Below, piece after piece: positions 1-13,210 of a stretch of 64,000 nt of DNA (positions are counted from its first letter, which is position 1; the number at the start of each line of letters is the position of its first letter). The stretch comes from Takakia lepidozioides (taxonomy: Eukaryota; Plantae; Bryophyta). Both the position numbers and the translations under genes were made by a program. The stretch is from NCBI GenBank assembly GCA_030704615.1, contig CM060734.1, forward strand, positions 41,726,001 through 41,790,000, written 5' to 3'. The notes beneath the pieces are model-generated. The model had not been told where the DNA came from. It did no database searches and saw only the letters and a program-made list of their open reading frames with translations.

Positions 1-130
1 CGCAAGAGACAGACATAAGTATTGAAGTCTGATGAAATATCTCCCTGGTTCAAAATCTGCAGCGCCTCTTTCAGTCGTCCTGCCTTACATAGTGTCCTCA
101 CATCCGCACAAGTGCCAGAAGAGTTCTTGT
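1..130 (-). CDS. PLS-type PPR protein, first PPR-proximal coding segment (gene continues off the left edge)
   Basis: Minus strand reads SSGTCADVRTLCKAGRLKEALQILNQGDISSDFNTYVCLL, a typical start of a PLS PPR array; closely similar to the segment at ~36576-36700. Confidence 0.7.
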
Positions 131-699
131 TGACTCCCTCTCTCAGTCCTCTTTCAAAAACAGTGATCATGGTGGAGGTGCATGATCTAAACAACTGTGC
201 CTGATTCAACCCTGCCATCCTGCATGATTAAAAATTCTTAGCCACAAACCTTGACACTCAAAACTCCCAAACAATACCTTGGACCGAAGTCAGCGTAAAT
301 AAGAGCCTCGTCCCCTTATAGATACCAACCCCTTTCAAGGTTTGCAGAGAGTTCACCTCTAAGCTCCTACATACCTCAAAGCAAGATCTCTTCATGAGGA
401 TAGGCTCATTGGTACATGTGAATAAGGTTTCTGTGTTGGTTACCCTTCCATATCAAAGCATCTCAGTTCACACTTGCAACACATATCGACTCAGACACAA
501 GCTGCAATACCATTACTGTCCTTGCATGGACTGCATTTCTGAAAACCACATTCACCTTCACCCCGACAAAAATTACAAGATCAACATCTCATTCAAAAAC
601 AGAAGAACCCTGCTCCCTGGAACATGTGATGGGTGGCTCACAGTCTCCTCTCTTGAAAATTTTACTGAGAGTACTAAGGAGAACACCTCAAAACTAATA

Positions 700-1790
700 G
701 AGAAAGATCAGAATCTACATCTGTAAGGCAAGTGGAACTGTCATACTGGAAGCGCCCCACCAAATCCCCTCCACCATTGCTTGTCACGGGATTTTGCCTG
801 GCTGCTTCCAACTCCAATTGACCATCTACCCAGACCATGCTCTTGTAGTGATCAATCCTCAGTGCTTCACTGGTTTTCTTGTGTGTGAAATACAGTTGTC
901 TAGGACAGACCTGCACCCACATTCATCACTGCCGACCTTGGCTCCAAAACAAGATTGACTAGATTTTTTGGACATGTTTTCAGGTGGTTTTATATGTGTT
1001 TTTTGTGTCAGGGGTACCCTTTTTCAAAAGTCAACGAAAAGGCACTGGGCATTTAATGGTTGAAGATGCACCTCACCAACAGGCATTTAACCAGGTGTTG
1101 CAAAGACTAAATTGCCAAGTCTTCTTTTCCATCCAAAATCTACACCTTGTCAAACTCTCTGGTTTCTGGAAGACTGTTTCCATCTTTGAAAGTTCTTTAT
1201 CTTGGATGTGGTATACTCCAGTGGAGAGAGAGAGAGAGAGAGAATCATTACTTTGCGAGAATATGTCTGCTTCTACCGCAACGTAACTAGCACTCACCTT
1301 ATTGCCTTGATTGTCCCACAATGGACTGAGGTTTGAAATATATCTGTTCCACAGCTTCTCCTCGTCTGCATTTTGGCTTTTCGGAAAATGGCATGTGTTA
1401 GCAACTTGCTTCCTGAATGTGACCACGGTTGGCCACCCAATTTCTTCATGTCCAGGTGGCCTCGTTGGTCAACCCCCATAAACCTCATCCTCCTGTACTC
1501 CTCACAATCAGCTTGACACTGTTCCAAACAACCCTTAATCCAATGCAGTTTGGGAAATGCAGAGGACCATGTACATTGTGTAGCCCACACCGTCTTGAAG
1601 CTTTAAGCCCAGAGCCGGACTGGCAGGCCACGTAGCACCGGCGAAGCTGAGGGGTCCCCGAGATGCCTCGAAAACGTGTGGAGAAGGCAGGATCTCTCAC
1701 AGATGTCATGCATAATGTATGAGCTTCCATGGTTGCTCCTTCTCCAACCCTTTTGCCAAACCCACTTGCCACTGACCTGGAGAGGGCCAT
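700..1790 (-). other. Probable 5' exons/leader of the PPR gene at the left edge
   Basis: Transit-peptide-like ORF start MALSRSVASGFG at 1790; donor-like AAG|gtgag near 1297. The blocks 'GAGGAGAAGCTGTGGAA...GGGACAATC' and 'TGGGTAGATGGTCAA' are homologous to segments that precede PPR fragments at 34.4-44.6 kb. Exon structure not resolved. Confidence 0.4.
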
Positions 1791-4700
1791 GGCTGCTCCT
1801 TCTCCAACTCTGTTGCCAAACCCTTTAGCCCCTGCTCTTAAGAGATGGCGGTAGGGGTATTAAATCAGCCAGGACAGCAAGAGTATAGCAGGACATCCTA
1901 CACAAGCAGAGAGAGAGTGTAACTTTGCATCTCCGATAGGTGAAGAACAAGTGTGTGATATTGTATCAGATAGAATGCACATAAACTACTGGCAGGCCAG
2001 GATTTCCTTATGCCGCCTGGAACACAAGAGTTTCTACCATCCACTAAAGCTGACTGAAGAGATCAGGGTTTGGAGTTTGGAGACATGTATGTACAAAGCC
2101 CCAACCCTTTTCTTCACCAATAACCCTAAGTTTGGATTGTTCAGTGAGTTTCGCGGATGGTGTCCGCTTGCCAGTTGCTTTCTTTCTCTCTTCTCTCTTC
2201 TTCCCCATTGCTTTAGGCGAACTAATAAAGTAGGAAACCCACTGGTTTTACTTGGAAATCAAGTTCGCCTAAAGTGGATGCGCAGCTCGGATGCTGCGGC
2301 ATCTTCTTGCAGATGCCCAGGATCCTCCCTTGTTCAATCCGGAAGCATACAACAGTCAACGCGTCTTAACTCTTCACGAGAACCCGGATTTGTATTGCGT
2401 GAGGGCGGATCCCCTTCCTACTTGTCTACTCCGCTTGCCGTCTCTCTTTTGAGTTTGTGTGGAAAGTAGTCGGCCGTCCGATTTTTGGGTCACCTCTTCC
2501 TATTGAGGTAAATTCCAGCTAATGCTGGACTTCTTCTTTTTCCTGAATTCACCGCTGCCATCCCGGCCGGAAGAGCTACTTGGAAAGAGCATCAACGAAG
2601 AAGGCAGCTAGGCAATTTGAAGACAAAACACTTATACACAGGAGGTAAGTTCCCCTCTTCATGAGCTCTTCCTGCTACATGTAGCGCCCGTGACAGTAGA
2701 CAACGTCTCCCCAATATAATGTAACAGGAAACGGTCGCTATCCTCGGCTCATGCAGCAAATGGAGGGCATATGTGGGCTGCACCCTAATGTAGACGGTTC
2801 AGTGTTAAGGAAGGGGAGAGAGGAAAGCAACAGAGGATGTGGGCACCGTCATCCCTGAGAGAAGAGAGAAAGCGACATGGAGTGTTTTCACTGTAGCATG
2901 GTTCCTTGTTAAACCTCTAACTGACGAATCGGATGAACCGATGAACCAGCGTGAAGCCATATTGCCAGGCTCATCGTGACTACTGATAGTCAGCCGTTGT
3001 TTTAAGGATTACCAGGCGTGATCCTATCAGTACCCTTGTATTGAGAACCTCTTTACAAGATTCCCTGTGAACTGTGAGAACTTGTGCTATTGTTTGTCCA
3101 ACTGTTCTATAATGTTCTAAAGGATCGCTGGGGTCAATGCTTGGCACCCAGGCAGTCTAGATCCATAGCAAAGTGCACAACCATTAAAAAGCCCGCTATG
3201 TTACTATCATTCTTCACATTTCAGGGGATTGGACTGTGCCAATTGTGTTAGATGAAGTTGATTTGTCAAGTGGCAGTTTTGGCTCCTCCATCCTCAATTT
3301 TTTCCTACTGTACCAACTGTCCCGTTTTAAACTTGACTCTCAGCGGCAGTGTTTCCAGTAGGGCCTTAGAGGCAAGGTGGTTTTGTCAGACTTGCAGGAT
3401 ATGTTTATATTTTGATTTTCCTAGGAGCCCATCCCAAAGGGGGCCAGTGTTGGCAAGGGGAAGAGGCTCATTTTGTGCTGACTTTGGTCGTGTCATCTCT
3501 CTCTCTCCCTCTCTCATCCCTTTAGTGACTTCACTCTGTACGGAATTGCATGTGAAATTGTGCACTAAGTCTGGTAATCTGTCTGTTCCAATCAACTTTT
3601 TGCAGAGGAGCAAGAAGATCAATGGAGGACAGTTCACACAGTGATCATGAGTGGGGCACCTGGAAAGAAATTTTGTTCTGGGTGTTGGTATTGATAGGAA
3701 ACCTGTTGTTTATAGTGTATGCTGCCTGGAAATTGGCAGTTCGACATACAGAAGCGACAGGGAGCTCTGTATTGGTCCCTGTAAAACAAACCGACTCCAG
3801 TGTCTCTACAGCCACTCCTTCAGCTCGCTGGAGAGGAAGCAAACAATCCAACCTACCAAATTAGCATCTCTGAATTGTGTACTAGCTCTAGCAGAGCTCG
3901 ATGCGGGGTGTAGTTCTGTGGAATTTGCAGAGGCTATTTCAAGATCTGCATACCTTTACACCATGCTTGAGTGACTTTGGAGACCTCCTCTGGGCATGCA
4001 GGCTGAGCAACCGTAAGGGCCTCTACCCTGCGTGCCCATCTGTCTGATCGGCTACTGAGTCTTTGAGCCCCATCGTAAATTGCCCTCCATGGAAGTTAGA
4101 CAAGAAGTTTGCAAGGATCTCTGTGGGTTGGATGTCAAATTAAGGCCTTTAATTCAGGTCAAGGTGAATCTTATGACTGGGGTTCTATTGCAAGACACAG
4201 CCCACAGCCCAAAGAGGGGAAATGGAATTCTTTCTTCACTTTCTACCATAAATTCTTGGCCTGTTTGATGATTCTGCACGATGTGCGACCAGAGTAGTTA
4301 TCCTCAGCATACTGCATTTCAGAACTTCAGGTGTTTTTGAGTTGTTTCATGTGGACACAAGTCAAACCTATACATCGTCCATTGTCTCGTGCATTGTCTC
4401 ATAGCACTCTGCTACACACACGTTTTATTCACTGCTAAAACCATACACTCACACCTATTCCCACCCAGATCTTCCCCATTCTTCACGCTCTGCTTTCCCC
4501 CCAAAATCTCGCTCATACTCGGCCCCCGACCTGCAGTTCTGAGCTCTCTTGCGACGGATTTTGTTGCGCTGGGCTACTATCGAGACCCACCAGGTATTGT
4601 GCTTCGTGACAACTTGAGTGACGCCACGCAAGAGATCTGTGAAAGCTATGATGAGAGCGCCATTGCAGGGAGTCTTGAGAATGGAATTCAATGAGCACTA

Positions 4701-6146
4701 AAGAATATCGCAGGAACTTGAGTTATGTATGCAAATGCCGAAGCCACTGCCTGCGCACCACAAACCGGTGCGCGTAGCCACCTCATCCCATTGTGTCTCC
4801 ATCACAGTTGGCATCCCTCGCAGATATAACGAGCGTCCGATGTTAGGTGCATCTCGCTGATGGAACCGGGCAATTGCTTGGTGCCCAATCAAGTACAGTA
4901 ACATGGACTGATTATGACTGCCGAGTCGCTCCTTTCCTTCCGAGTGTAATTTGGGTAGGCATCTTCCACCTGCCGTTGTAAGGGCCTCCTTCCATGTGGT
5001 CAAGCCCGACCAAAAGATGATGTCATGATCGGGTTTTGAACGTCCGCCGGGCACTTCTATGTGCAAAACTCGGACCCAAACCGGTCCGATCTCCCAACTC
5101 TCTATGAAAAGCTGAAAGTTGGGAGATGGGTCCCGATCTTTGACTTTCACCTGCTATAGCAGGTTGATTTTGGCGAGCACCTGCCGAGCAGGTCTCTCTC
5201 TTGTGTGTGAAGCATGTCTCGATGTGTGTTATAACAAGTGGAAGAAGGACACCAGCAACACAACCAGATCCTCTTGGGAGATGGGGTGGTTACATGGAAG
5301 GACCCGTCGCCAAGTCGACGGTCGGGCCATTGGTCAAACCCATTCCAACAATGATGTCATTGGAAGGGAAGGGATCGGGTCTACATGGAAATGGAAACAC
5401 GCTCTAATGGGCATCCTTCCCTGTCATTCTCTGGGGCGAGGTTGATGGGCCTGAGAACGTTTATCCTACTTTGGTATGCGCGTCTAGCGCATGCCCAACG
5501 TCCGCATAGAGTGGTCTGGGCGACACAGGCGATCTCGCAATGGTCGAGCTCTCATTTTTTAGAAGGATCTAGCGTGCACTCTCCTTTTGCCTATAGAAAA
5601 TACTCTCAAGCACAAATGGCCAAAGACGGCCTCCAATGGATCTTAACCATTAAAGGACTAGCTATTTTCTGGTGGGCCCACTAAAAAAAAAGGGTGCATA
5701 CCCTTATGGCCGAGGGTGTAACTTCTTACCCCCAATCATCCATGGGGATGAACCTTATACTTATGTGCATATCTACTAGATCCATGTCATGTCAAAAATA
5801 TAGGCAAATTGACCGTTTGCAAGCTAATATGCCACAATTTGTAAATATATTCAAAAATTGCATGGAAAAATTGTTTGACACAAAATTGAAGTATCGAGTT
5901 GAATCTTTCTAGACAAAGGCCCTCCATAATCTGATTATATGGCACCTAAACTACTGCCTCCCCAGAAAATCAGACCAAAATTCCAAAAATTCAGATAGGC
6001 TGCTTTGTATGTGAAATCTTGGGGGTAAATTATCTTGTTTGACTTCTTTCCCAAGTACACCGTGAGGTGACATTTGTTTTCCAATTCCTATGGTAAATAA
6101 GTGCACAGTACATTTCATGGTGCCTTGTCCAAAACATTCGGCATTA

Positions 6147-6236
6147 TATATAGTTGGAGTCCCCGCCACAAGGGTGTTCCGTGGTATGAGGGTCTAATAC
6201 CAAGGTACACCATAGTAGCGGGGACTCCCACTGCAT
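6147..6236. repeat. Imperfect ~40 bp-arm inverted repeat (hairpin)
   Basis: TATAGTTGGAGTCCCCGCCACAAGGGTGTTCCGTGGTAT pairs imperfectly with ATACCAAGGTACACCATAGTAGCGGGACTCCCACTGCATA around a short loop. Confidence 0.65.
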
Positions 6237-6656
6237 AAAGCCCAAATTTCTTTTCTTTTAATGGTGGCTCATCTTTTCAGATGGACGGTGGATATTTGTC
6301 TAGATCTATGGTTGACATTGAGTAACCTTGTACATGGAAGCGCAACCATGTTTGTGTTTTTGGTTATCGCATATTGTGTGTATTGCTATTATCCTTTAGA
6401 GTCTGCTAGTGGCGTAAATGCTTGAAGGGAGCTACGCCATGAGCTTGCTCATGAGCCGAGGCTCACGATTGACCAACTAAGCGTGAGCTTGGGTGTCACG
6501 CTTAGTGGTGGTGAGCGCAAAGTGGTGCAGTATTAGAAAGGGGGCCTATACCCAAGAACAAAGGCAGACATATTCCCGCAAGAATACCAGCAGAGCCATT
6601 TAGAAACCTGGAATCGTATTGGTGCATTCATTATGTGTCTATAATCAGGTGTGAGG

Positions 6657-7002
6657 ACTTATGTGGACGTTGACGACCACATAATTCCTAGACCTCACAA
6701 AGCTATGTTATCATGTTATGATTCATTTTTGTTTTCTTTCTGAAATAATTTGAAATTTTTGTTTTTCTATTGTGTCATTGGAAGACTTGCGAATTATGTG
6801 GGCGTCAACACCCACATAAGTTTTGTTTTTTTGTTTTTTTTGGTGTCAATGGAGGACTTGCGGAGGTCGATGAATTATGTGGGCGGCAACACCCACATAA
6901 GTCCTCACATTATTTTATTTTTTCAAAAAAAAATCGTTTTATTATGTCATTGGAGGACTTGCGGGAGATTTATGAATTATGTGGGCGTCAACACCCACAT
7001 AA
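6657..7002. repeat. Array of four palindromic ~30 bp repeats (TTATGTGGG-N8-CCCACATAA) with T-rich spacers
   Basis: GAATTATGTGGGCG(T/G)CAACACCCACATAA at ~6791, ~6872 and ~6974, each preceded by TGTCA(T/A)TGGA(A/G)GACTTGC; one diverged reverse-oriented copy at ~6657-6688. Confidence 0.8.
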
Positions 7003-7792
7003 AGAGGCAATGAAGGCAAAGTAATAAGACATCCAAAATAAATAGGACACCATGTGGAGTATCTCGTTGTTCGACAATGTAAACTCGTCGTAGCTAACAG
7101 TGTCCAAAGTTAAACTCACGTTAGCACAAACTTGGGTTGCGTCAGCAAATATTGTTTTGTTTTGTTTTTTTGTTTTTTTTTGGGTTTATCCCTTTCAAGC
7201 TCTTGTCCAAAATTGAACTCATGTGAGCATAAACTTGGGTTTCGTCAGCGAAATTGGTTTTGGTGATTATATTCTTTTTCGCTTGCCAAGGTGCTGTGAC
7301 CGATGCTGTCATTCAATCATGGGATAAGTATTGGCAAGAGGCGATGCACGGAAATTCACGGAAATGGGTAAAATATCCACAGTTATGGCCCCCTTCCCAG
7401 GCCCAAGCTCATAGGCTCACTTGATCTCATGAGCAAGCTCACGAATTAGCATTCATCGCGGTGTGTGGATTGTTCGTGACCGGTTGGTCTGATGGTGATG
7501 TTTCCCTCCTGTGTGCCCAATGGTTTATCTGAAAGGGGGTTAATTTTCCCCCCTCCTCAAGGGCCTCAATTGTGAGCAGTCGCTAGGTTTCCTTTTGAAC
7601 AAAAAATAATAAAATAAAATAATAAAATAAAATCATGTTTACCAATAGTATATTCGGGACATATGAACGGTATATCCAACAATGCTTTGCAATATTGACA
7701 AAGAAATCTGGGGCAACCTTGCTACACAATTTTTTGAGGCCTCTCATTTTTGAATAATTGGGAGTTTATGTCGGGCGTGTGGGACAGGGCGC

Positions 7793-8092
7793 GCACGCCC
7801 GCACGGATGCGGGTCGCCCTCCCCCGCCCCGCCCACCCCCACCTGCCAGCCGCGCACTGCGGTCGGCAGCCCCGCAGCCGCCCCCGGCCCCCGCCCGGCC
7901 GCCCGCCCTCGCCGCTGGGTCCGCCCGCCATCGGGTCCCCAGTGGGTCTGCCCTTGCTGGGGTCTGCCCAAGCTCGGTCTGCGAGGTCTGCCCGCGGACC
8001 ACCCCAGACCGGCACAACAGACCCAGACCTATGTGGCGCACATCTGCCCGTCCAGATCCGGTTTTATCCATACCGTCCGGATTTAGGGCATG
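7793..8092 (+). repeat. Left terminal inverted repeat of the MULE
   Basis: GCACGCCCGCACGGATGCGGGTCGCCCTCCCCCGCCCC...GGCACAACAGACCCAGAC...CCGGATTTAGGGCATG is the imperfect reverse complement of 20129-20450. Confidence 0.9.
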
Positions 8093-8915
8093 CCATGGCA
8101 CTCGCCGATCTCCTCAGACCCCCTTTTTTTTTTTTTTTTTTCTCGTGTTGCTTGCTGCTGTTTGTTGTTTGACTGTTTAGAACCAACAGACTCGGTGGTT
8201 GTGAAGAATCCCTTAGCATAACTCCATGGACTCTCTGGCAACGTCGGAGTCCATTGTTTTAAGCCACAGCCTCTTTTGTTCATATGCTTCTACTATTTTT
8301 GCTTTGTTGTTCGCCTATTCGTGGGACTGTTTGAGCGCGGGGAAGTGAGTTACATTGAGTTTACAGTGCAGACTTGAATGGAAGTATTTAGGTCTTTGCT
8401 AACAAGTACGACTCATTTAGCGGACAACAATTGAGAATTGGCCTTTCCCTTGTCACACTGTCTTGTTCGAGGCTTGTCCTCCATATAGCATGTGTGGAAT
8501 GACATTGCAAAAATAGCGGAAGCATATGTGCATGGCTGGCTGTATAAAATTCCGATTTCCTCCCGAGTTCCGTCTCTTGGATGTTGTTTGCAAGTGGACC
8601 CACCGATGCAGGACGAAATGGGCATGTGTGGCGGAATTTTTTGTGCAACGAACCAGTGGACCTTCCAAGTGTTACCATGACAGTGCGGGGATGCAGAGAC
8701 CCAGCCGGGGGACCATTGAAATGGTGAAACGGGTGGGGACACACTGCAGACAGAGGGCAGACCAGATGGGCAGAGCAGGAGAAGAGAAGAGTGCACCATG
8801 CCAGTCCAGACGAGAAGACCGAACCAACAGACCAGCCTGGAGAACTCTGGTCAGACCCCGACGGCAGACCGAGTGCAGATAATCTTTGCCTCACGAATGC
8901 AACAGACCAGTGCCA

Positions 8916-9045
8916 CAGACCCTTTTGGCAGACCCTTTTGGCGGACCCTTTTGGTGGACCCTTTTGGCAGACCATTTTGGCTGACCCTTTTGGCAGACCA
9001 TTTTGGCCGACCCTTTTGGCCGACCCTTTTGGCCGACCCTTTTGG
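8916..9045 (+). repeat. Ten tandem copies of a 13-bp unit (C)AGACCCTTTTGG
   Basis: Units counted directly from 8916 in exact 13-bp register; variants CGGACC/TGGACC/CTGACC/CCGACC. Confidence 0.95.
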
Positions 9046-12000
9046 TGGAGACTTAGGGCAGACCATGAAAGTCCTTGGCGGCGGCCATTATTGTGCCTCT
9101 CGGGACGTTTGATGTTTCGACGGTAGTCCAATGGCCGACGTGCATGGCCTCGGCGGTCGCACACGTGCTCCTCTCACGCTTAGCAGTGAGCCGTTACATT
9201 GGGGTCCTCGCCTCTTCCTCCTCTTGCGTCTTTCGCGTCTCTCCACTTTGCGACTGCACGGTGTGTTGCGCTTCGCGGTTTCTGCCTCTTCGACTCGACG
9301 ATTCGTTTGTAGCGCCCGTCCGCTCTTCAAAGGCCGCATGCCCGTCGTTGCCGAAGTGCAAAGGTATCAACTTCACCAGACTTCTTCACCGCCAGACCTT
9401 CATTTCTTTTTTTGCTTGCTCTTCTTCATTTGCATTTAGCAGACCATCTCTGACACAATTCCTCCTTTGGTTGCAGCCATGGAAGAAGCTTGCCCAAAGG
9501 GCGGAGCCGATTGTGTGGAATATGTGCATGCCCCTCGCCACAAAGCCAAGAGAAGGTATTGGTATGAGCCAACTGAGTACGATGCTAAAATAGTAGAAGC
9601 ATTTTTGGACTTGCGCGTAGCAAAGGAGAAAGAGAACTGGCCAAAGGATCGGTTTCAGTGCCCCTTTTGCCCCGATATTGTCAAGGACAAAGAGACTCTA
9701 AACCGCCATGCCCTTGATGGAGGATGCAAAGGTATGGTCCCTAAGAACTTCAAGCCTTGGCCCAAGCCAAGTTCGTCTAAGGCCGCAAAAGAAATCACTG
9801 CAAAGTGTAGGGGTGCGCATGTTGTCGCTCGGTCTGCTGAGGAAGTGCGGCAGCGTTATTACACTGAAGCCGGCCTACTGAGCCCCGGCCTCGTTGTGCC
9901 AGTGAAGAAAAGGAAGCTCAGTGATGGAGCTAAAAAAAATGTAGACCGCAAAAGTCACAGATCTGGCAGTACCAGTACTGGCAGACCACGGGATATGAGA
10001 GTGAGTAGCAAAGAATTGCAACCAGGTCAGTCCCAGCAGACCAACACCAGCAGACCACAGGCTGTCGTTTCAACTTTGTCGTCCAGTGGGGATGACTCAA
10101 GTGAGGAAGACTCTCATGAAGAGGAGGATCATGTTCAGGACATGTCGACGGAGCGGCCAGGACTACTTGTGAGACCGTACTTGGTGAACGACCCCATTGG
10201 GTACGCCCCGCCGGTACATGACATAACCCTTGACTCGGACATCCCCATGGAGGAATCACACCCTCAAACAGACCCACGACGCCCACCACATATCAGACCC
10301 AACAAGCAGACCAAGAAACAGCAGACCCTGACTGACGCTCATGGAGATGTAACGGGCACCCCTGTCTGCCCTAGCACATTGTACATGCTTCCCCACGGTC
10401 TTCTGCCAGACCAGTACCCAGATGAATCAGATCCGGACTTTTTCCCTTTTTTGTATGCTTATGTGAGATCAGGACAGATACAGCAGACCATTGACACAGC
10501 CGAGAAGAAGTGGGTGGAGGCACGATCACACCCAAGGGATGAAGACTACAACGGCCTCTAGGTACTTCAACCACTCTTTCTGCCGTCCTACCGTATTTGA
10601 GTCTTTCAATTTCCTGGTTGCAATTAGTGATATGCTATGCTGGATGTTGTATGTGTGGCCCGCTGCTGTCGGTCTACTGTTCTGGGTTTGCTATTTTGTA
10701 CATGGTACTGCATTACTTGTTCTGGATGTGGTCTACTCTATAGGTCCAGAACCGTGCGACTACTTTCCCCTGTTGAAAATCATAGTGTTTTATTATTATT
10801 ATTATATATGTGGTCTGTTGCGAACCGTCTACTGTTTTGGGTCTGTTTTGCGCAACATGGTACTGCAGTTGCTTTGAAAGGCGCACTATTGCCGTGGCTG
10901 TGGTCTGCTGCATGGTCCACGGCCATGGTCTACTACTATGCTCTATTGGTCTACTGTAATGGCCTACTAGTGTATGGTCTACTGGTCTGCTGTCAGGCCC
11001 AATCTACTAGTCTATGGTCTACTGCTCTATGGTCTACTAGTCTAATGTGAAGGCCAATATTGTTGTTTGTTTTCAGGAGGCGAATGCGCAAGACAACCGA
11101 GTGTACAGGGCTTTGCAAATCTGGAAGTACAAGTTGAACGGTCCTCCTTTGGAAAATACACTTGTCCGGAATGAGGTCCGTGATATTCGTGACTACATCC
11201 TGAGTCTGTATCCACAGTCGGCTGATGCCATTGCATCAATTCAGGATGGTACCACTGGCCGCGCAGCAGGCCTCCCTCCGTCTGCTGTAAAGACTTTGAC
11301 AGCGCCGGTCAGACTAGCAGACCCGGCTCAGTGGACCTTTCTTCCGTGACCTGTCCTCCAGCGGACCTTCGTACCTCTTCAGCAGACCCTCAGCAGACCA
11401 CATTGCGTGGTCGAACTATTTTCCCATTTGACAGACCATGGCGTCCTCCACAGCGGTCTACAACTGATGAGGAGGACCCCACTCTTCCGAAGTTTCGTTG
11501 TAGGGAAAGCAATCAGCATCTGGAGTGGTACAATGAGCTTCACCGCATCGTCGCCTCCCGGTGGACCTTTGCTCTGCAACACTCCTCAATGGAGTTCACA
11601 GCGGAGGAGGCGACTCGTGTTTTGGACAAAGCCCGTGAGTATGGAGTGGTGCTTCTGGCAGAGGAGACCGAACCACCGCTTATTGCGCAGCTCTTTCTCA
11701 TGCACGACCCACGCCCACAGGAGATAAGGCACATGGCCATCGCCCACCCAATATTTGGTGTTCGTCCGAAGCACTTAGCGAGCTTGACAGAGACTGCTTT
11801 TGAGGAGATGGCAGATTGTTTCCTCCGCCGTCAATGGATGCAATTTGGCAATTTCAGGTCTTACACCAAATTAAAAAAAAGACCTTAACAACCTGCGGAT
11901 GGACCTGCTGCACGGAAGCGAAGAGGCTCGGGAAAGTATCACGCAAGACGCCATGATGTGGTTTGTGACTGTGCAGGAGCGTGCGGTTTTCGACATTGCA

Positions 12001-12158
12001 TTCAACAAACGACATGCTTTCCAAGTGCTCTGGAGCGGGTTTCCAGCAGAGGACCGTGTTGCAGCTCTAGGAGAGCTTGACGAGGCCTTCATGGATCGGC
12101 TTATGAAAGATATTGGCCTATGGACCACAGTCCTAGATCATGGTATGTCATCAGACCT

Positions 12159-12247
12159 AACAGACCTTGTTAACAGACCTTTTACACCGACCTTTTAAAC
12201 AGACCTTTGGAACAGACCTTTTGAACAAACCTTTTAAACAGACCTTG
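12159..12247 (+). repeat. Second ~13-bp-period tandem array with core ACAGACCTTT
   Basis: AACAGACCTTGTT/AACAGACCTTTTA/CACCGACCTTTTA/AACAGACCTTTGG/AACAGACCTTTTG/AACAAACCTTTTA/AACAGACCTTG. Confidence 0.85.
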
Positions 12248-12859
12248 ACGTTGACCACGAACGAGGACCTTCTAGCAGACTTTATGAACCATGACAACCA
12301 ACAAAGCCCCATGTGAATCAAACCCCCATGTATTCTTCCGTTTGTTAGCAGACCAGGGATGAGTGCTTTTGTTTTTGACGTGTTTGTGACATGTTGCAGA
12401 GTATGATCCAGAGGACGAGCTTGTTTGGAATGCTCTTGACCAGTACGCCAATGGCGCAAGGCAGCTTCTACGAGCCCTCCGTGGCCATAGTGGAGTCGAG
12501 TCACCCGTTAAGTGTAGGCTCATTGGAGTTCGTACAACAGCAGACACACAGAACCCAACTCCCATGGAGACCCGGGAGACCCGCAGCGAGCAAACTGTGG
12601 AGCAAGCAGACCCTTCCCAGCCAAATCCCAAGTACCGACATGCCAACCAGCAGACCCCCGACTGGATTGCCAGTGATCCCAAGCCAGAGAATGTGGGTGA
12701 CAAAAACTTTTCGTTGTCAAAACAGACTTTCGTGGAGGCATTGCACACCTTACCCTAAATTACCGGGGAGACCTTGGTTATGCAGACCTTTGCAGATAAC
12801 AACTTCCAGATCGGACATGGGCAGACCTTTCCAGATCAGCGGGCACCCATCACCTTGAC

Positions 12860-13210
12860 GAAGCAGACCGCTGCAGTGGAAATCATACCTGAGCAGACCA
12901 GTGCAGGCCAGAGCACACCACAGCAGACCCGACAAGACTAGACACAACCAGACCACACCAAATCAGACCAGACCACCCCACACCAGACAAGACAAGAGTA
13001 GACCATAGAAGACCAGACCACAGCAGACCAGACCACAGCGCAGGACTCCAGACGATCCGAGTGCACAACAGACCATACCCCAAAAGACCAGAGGATACTA
13101 GACCACACCACACCACACCACACCGTCTCAGAGCAGACATTTTCCAACCAGTGCAGACCTGATCAGACCTTGCTGGAGCAGAGGAGAGAAGATCAGACCT
13201 TACCAGAGGA
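12860..13210 (+). repeat. Low-complexity CAGAC/CACAC pentamer array
   Basis: Runs such as CAGACCAGACCACACCA, CAGACCAGACCACAG and CACACCACACCACAC. Confidence 0.85.

Noticed and set aside
4389-5684. Coding-like degraded region upstream of the hairpin cluster
   Set aside because: Multiple stops in all frames and no motif I can assign.
6657-7002. CRISPR-like array of palindromic repeats with spacers
   Set aside because: Eukaryotic context, no cas genes, spacers are low-complexity and partly homologous to each other, and one repeat is inverted.
7722-9164. Many overlapping ORFs in the GC-rich TIR and the 13-bp array (likewise 20168-20510)
   Set aside because: Stop-poor repeats open all frames; the translations are low-complexity.
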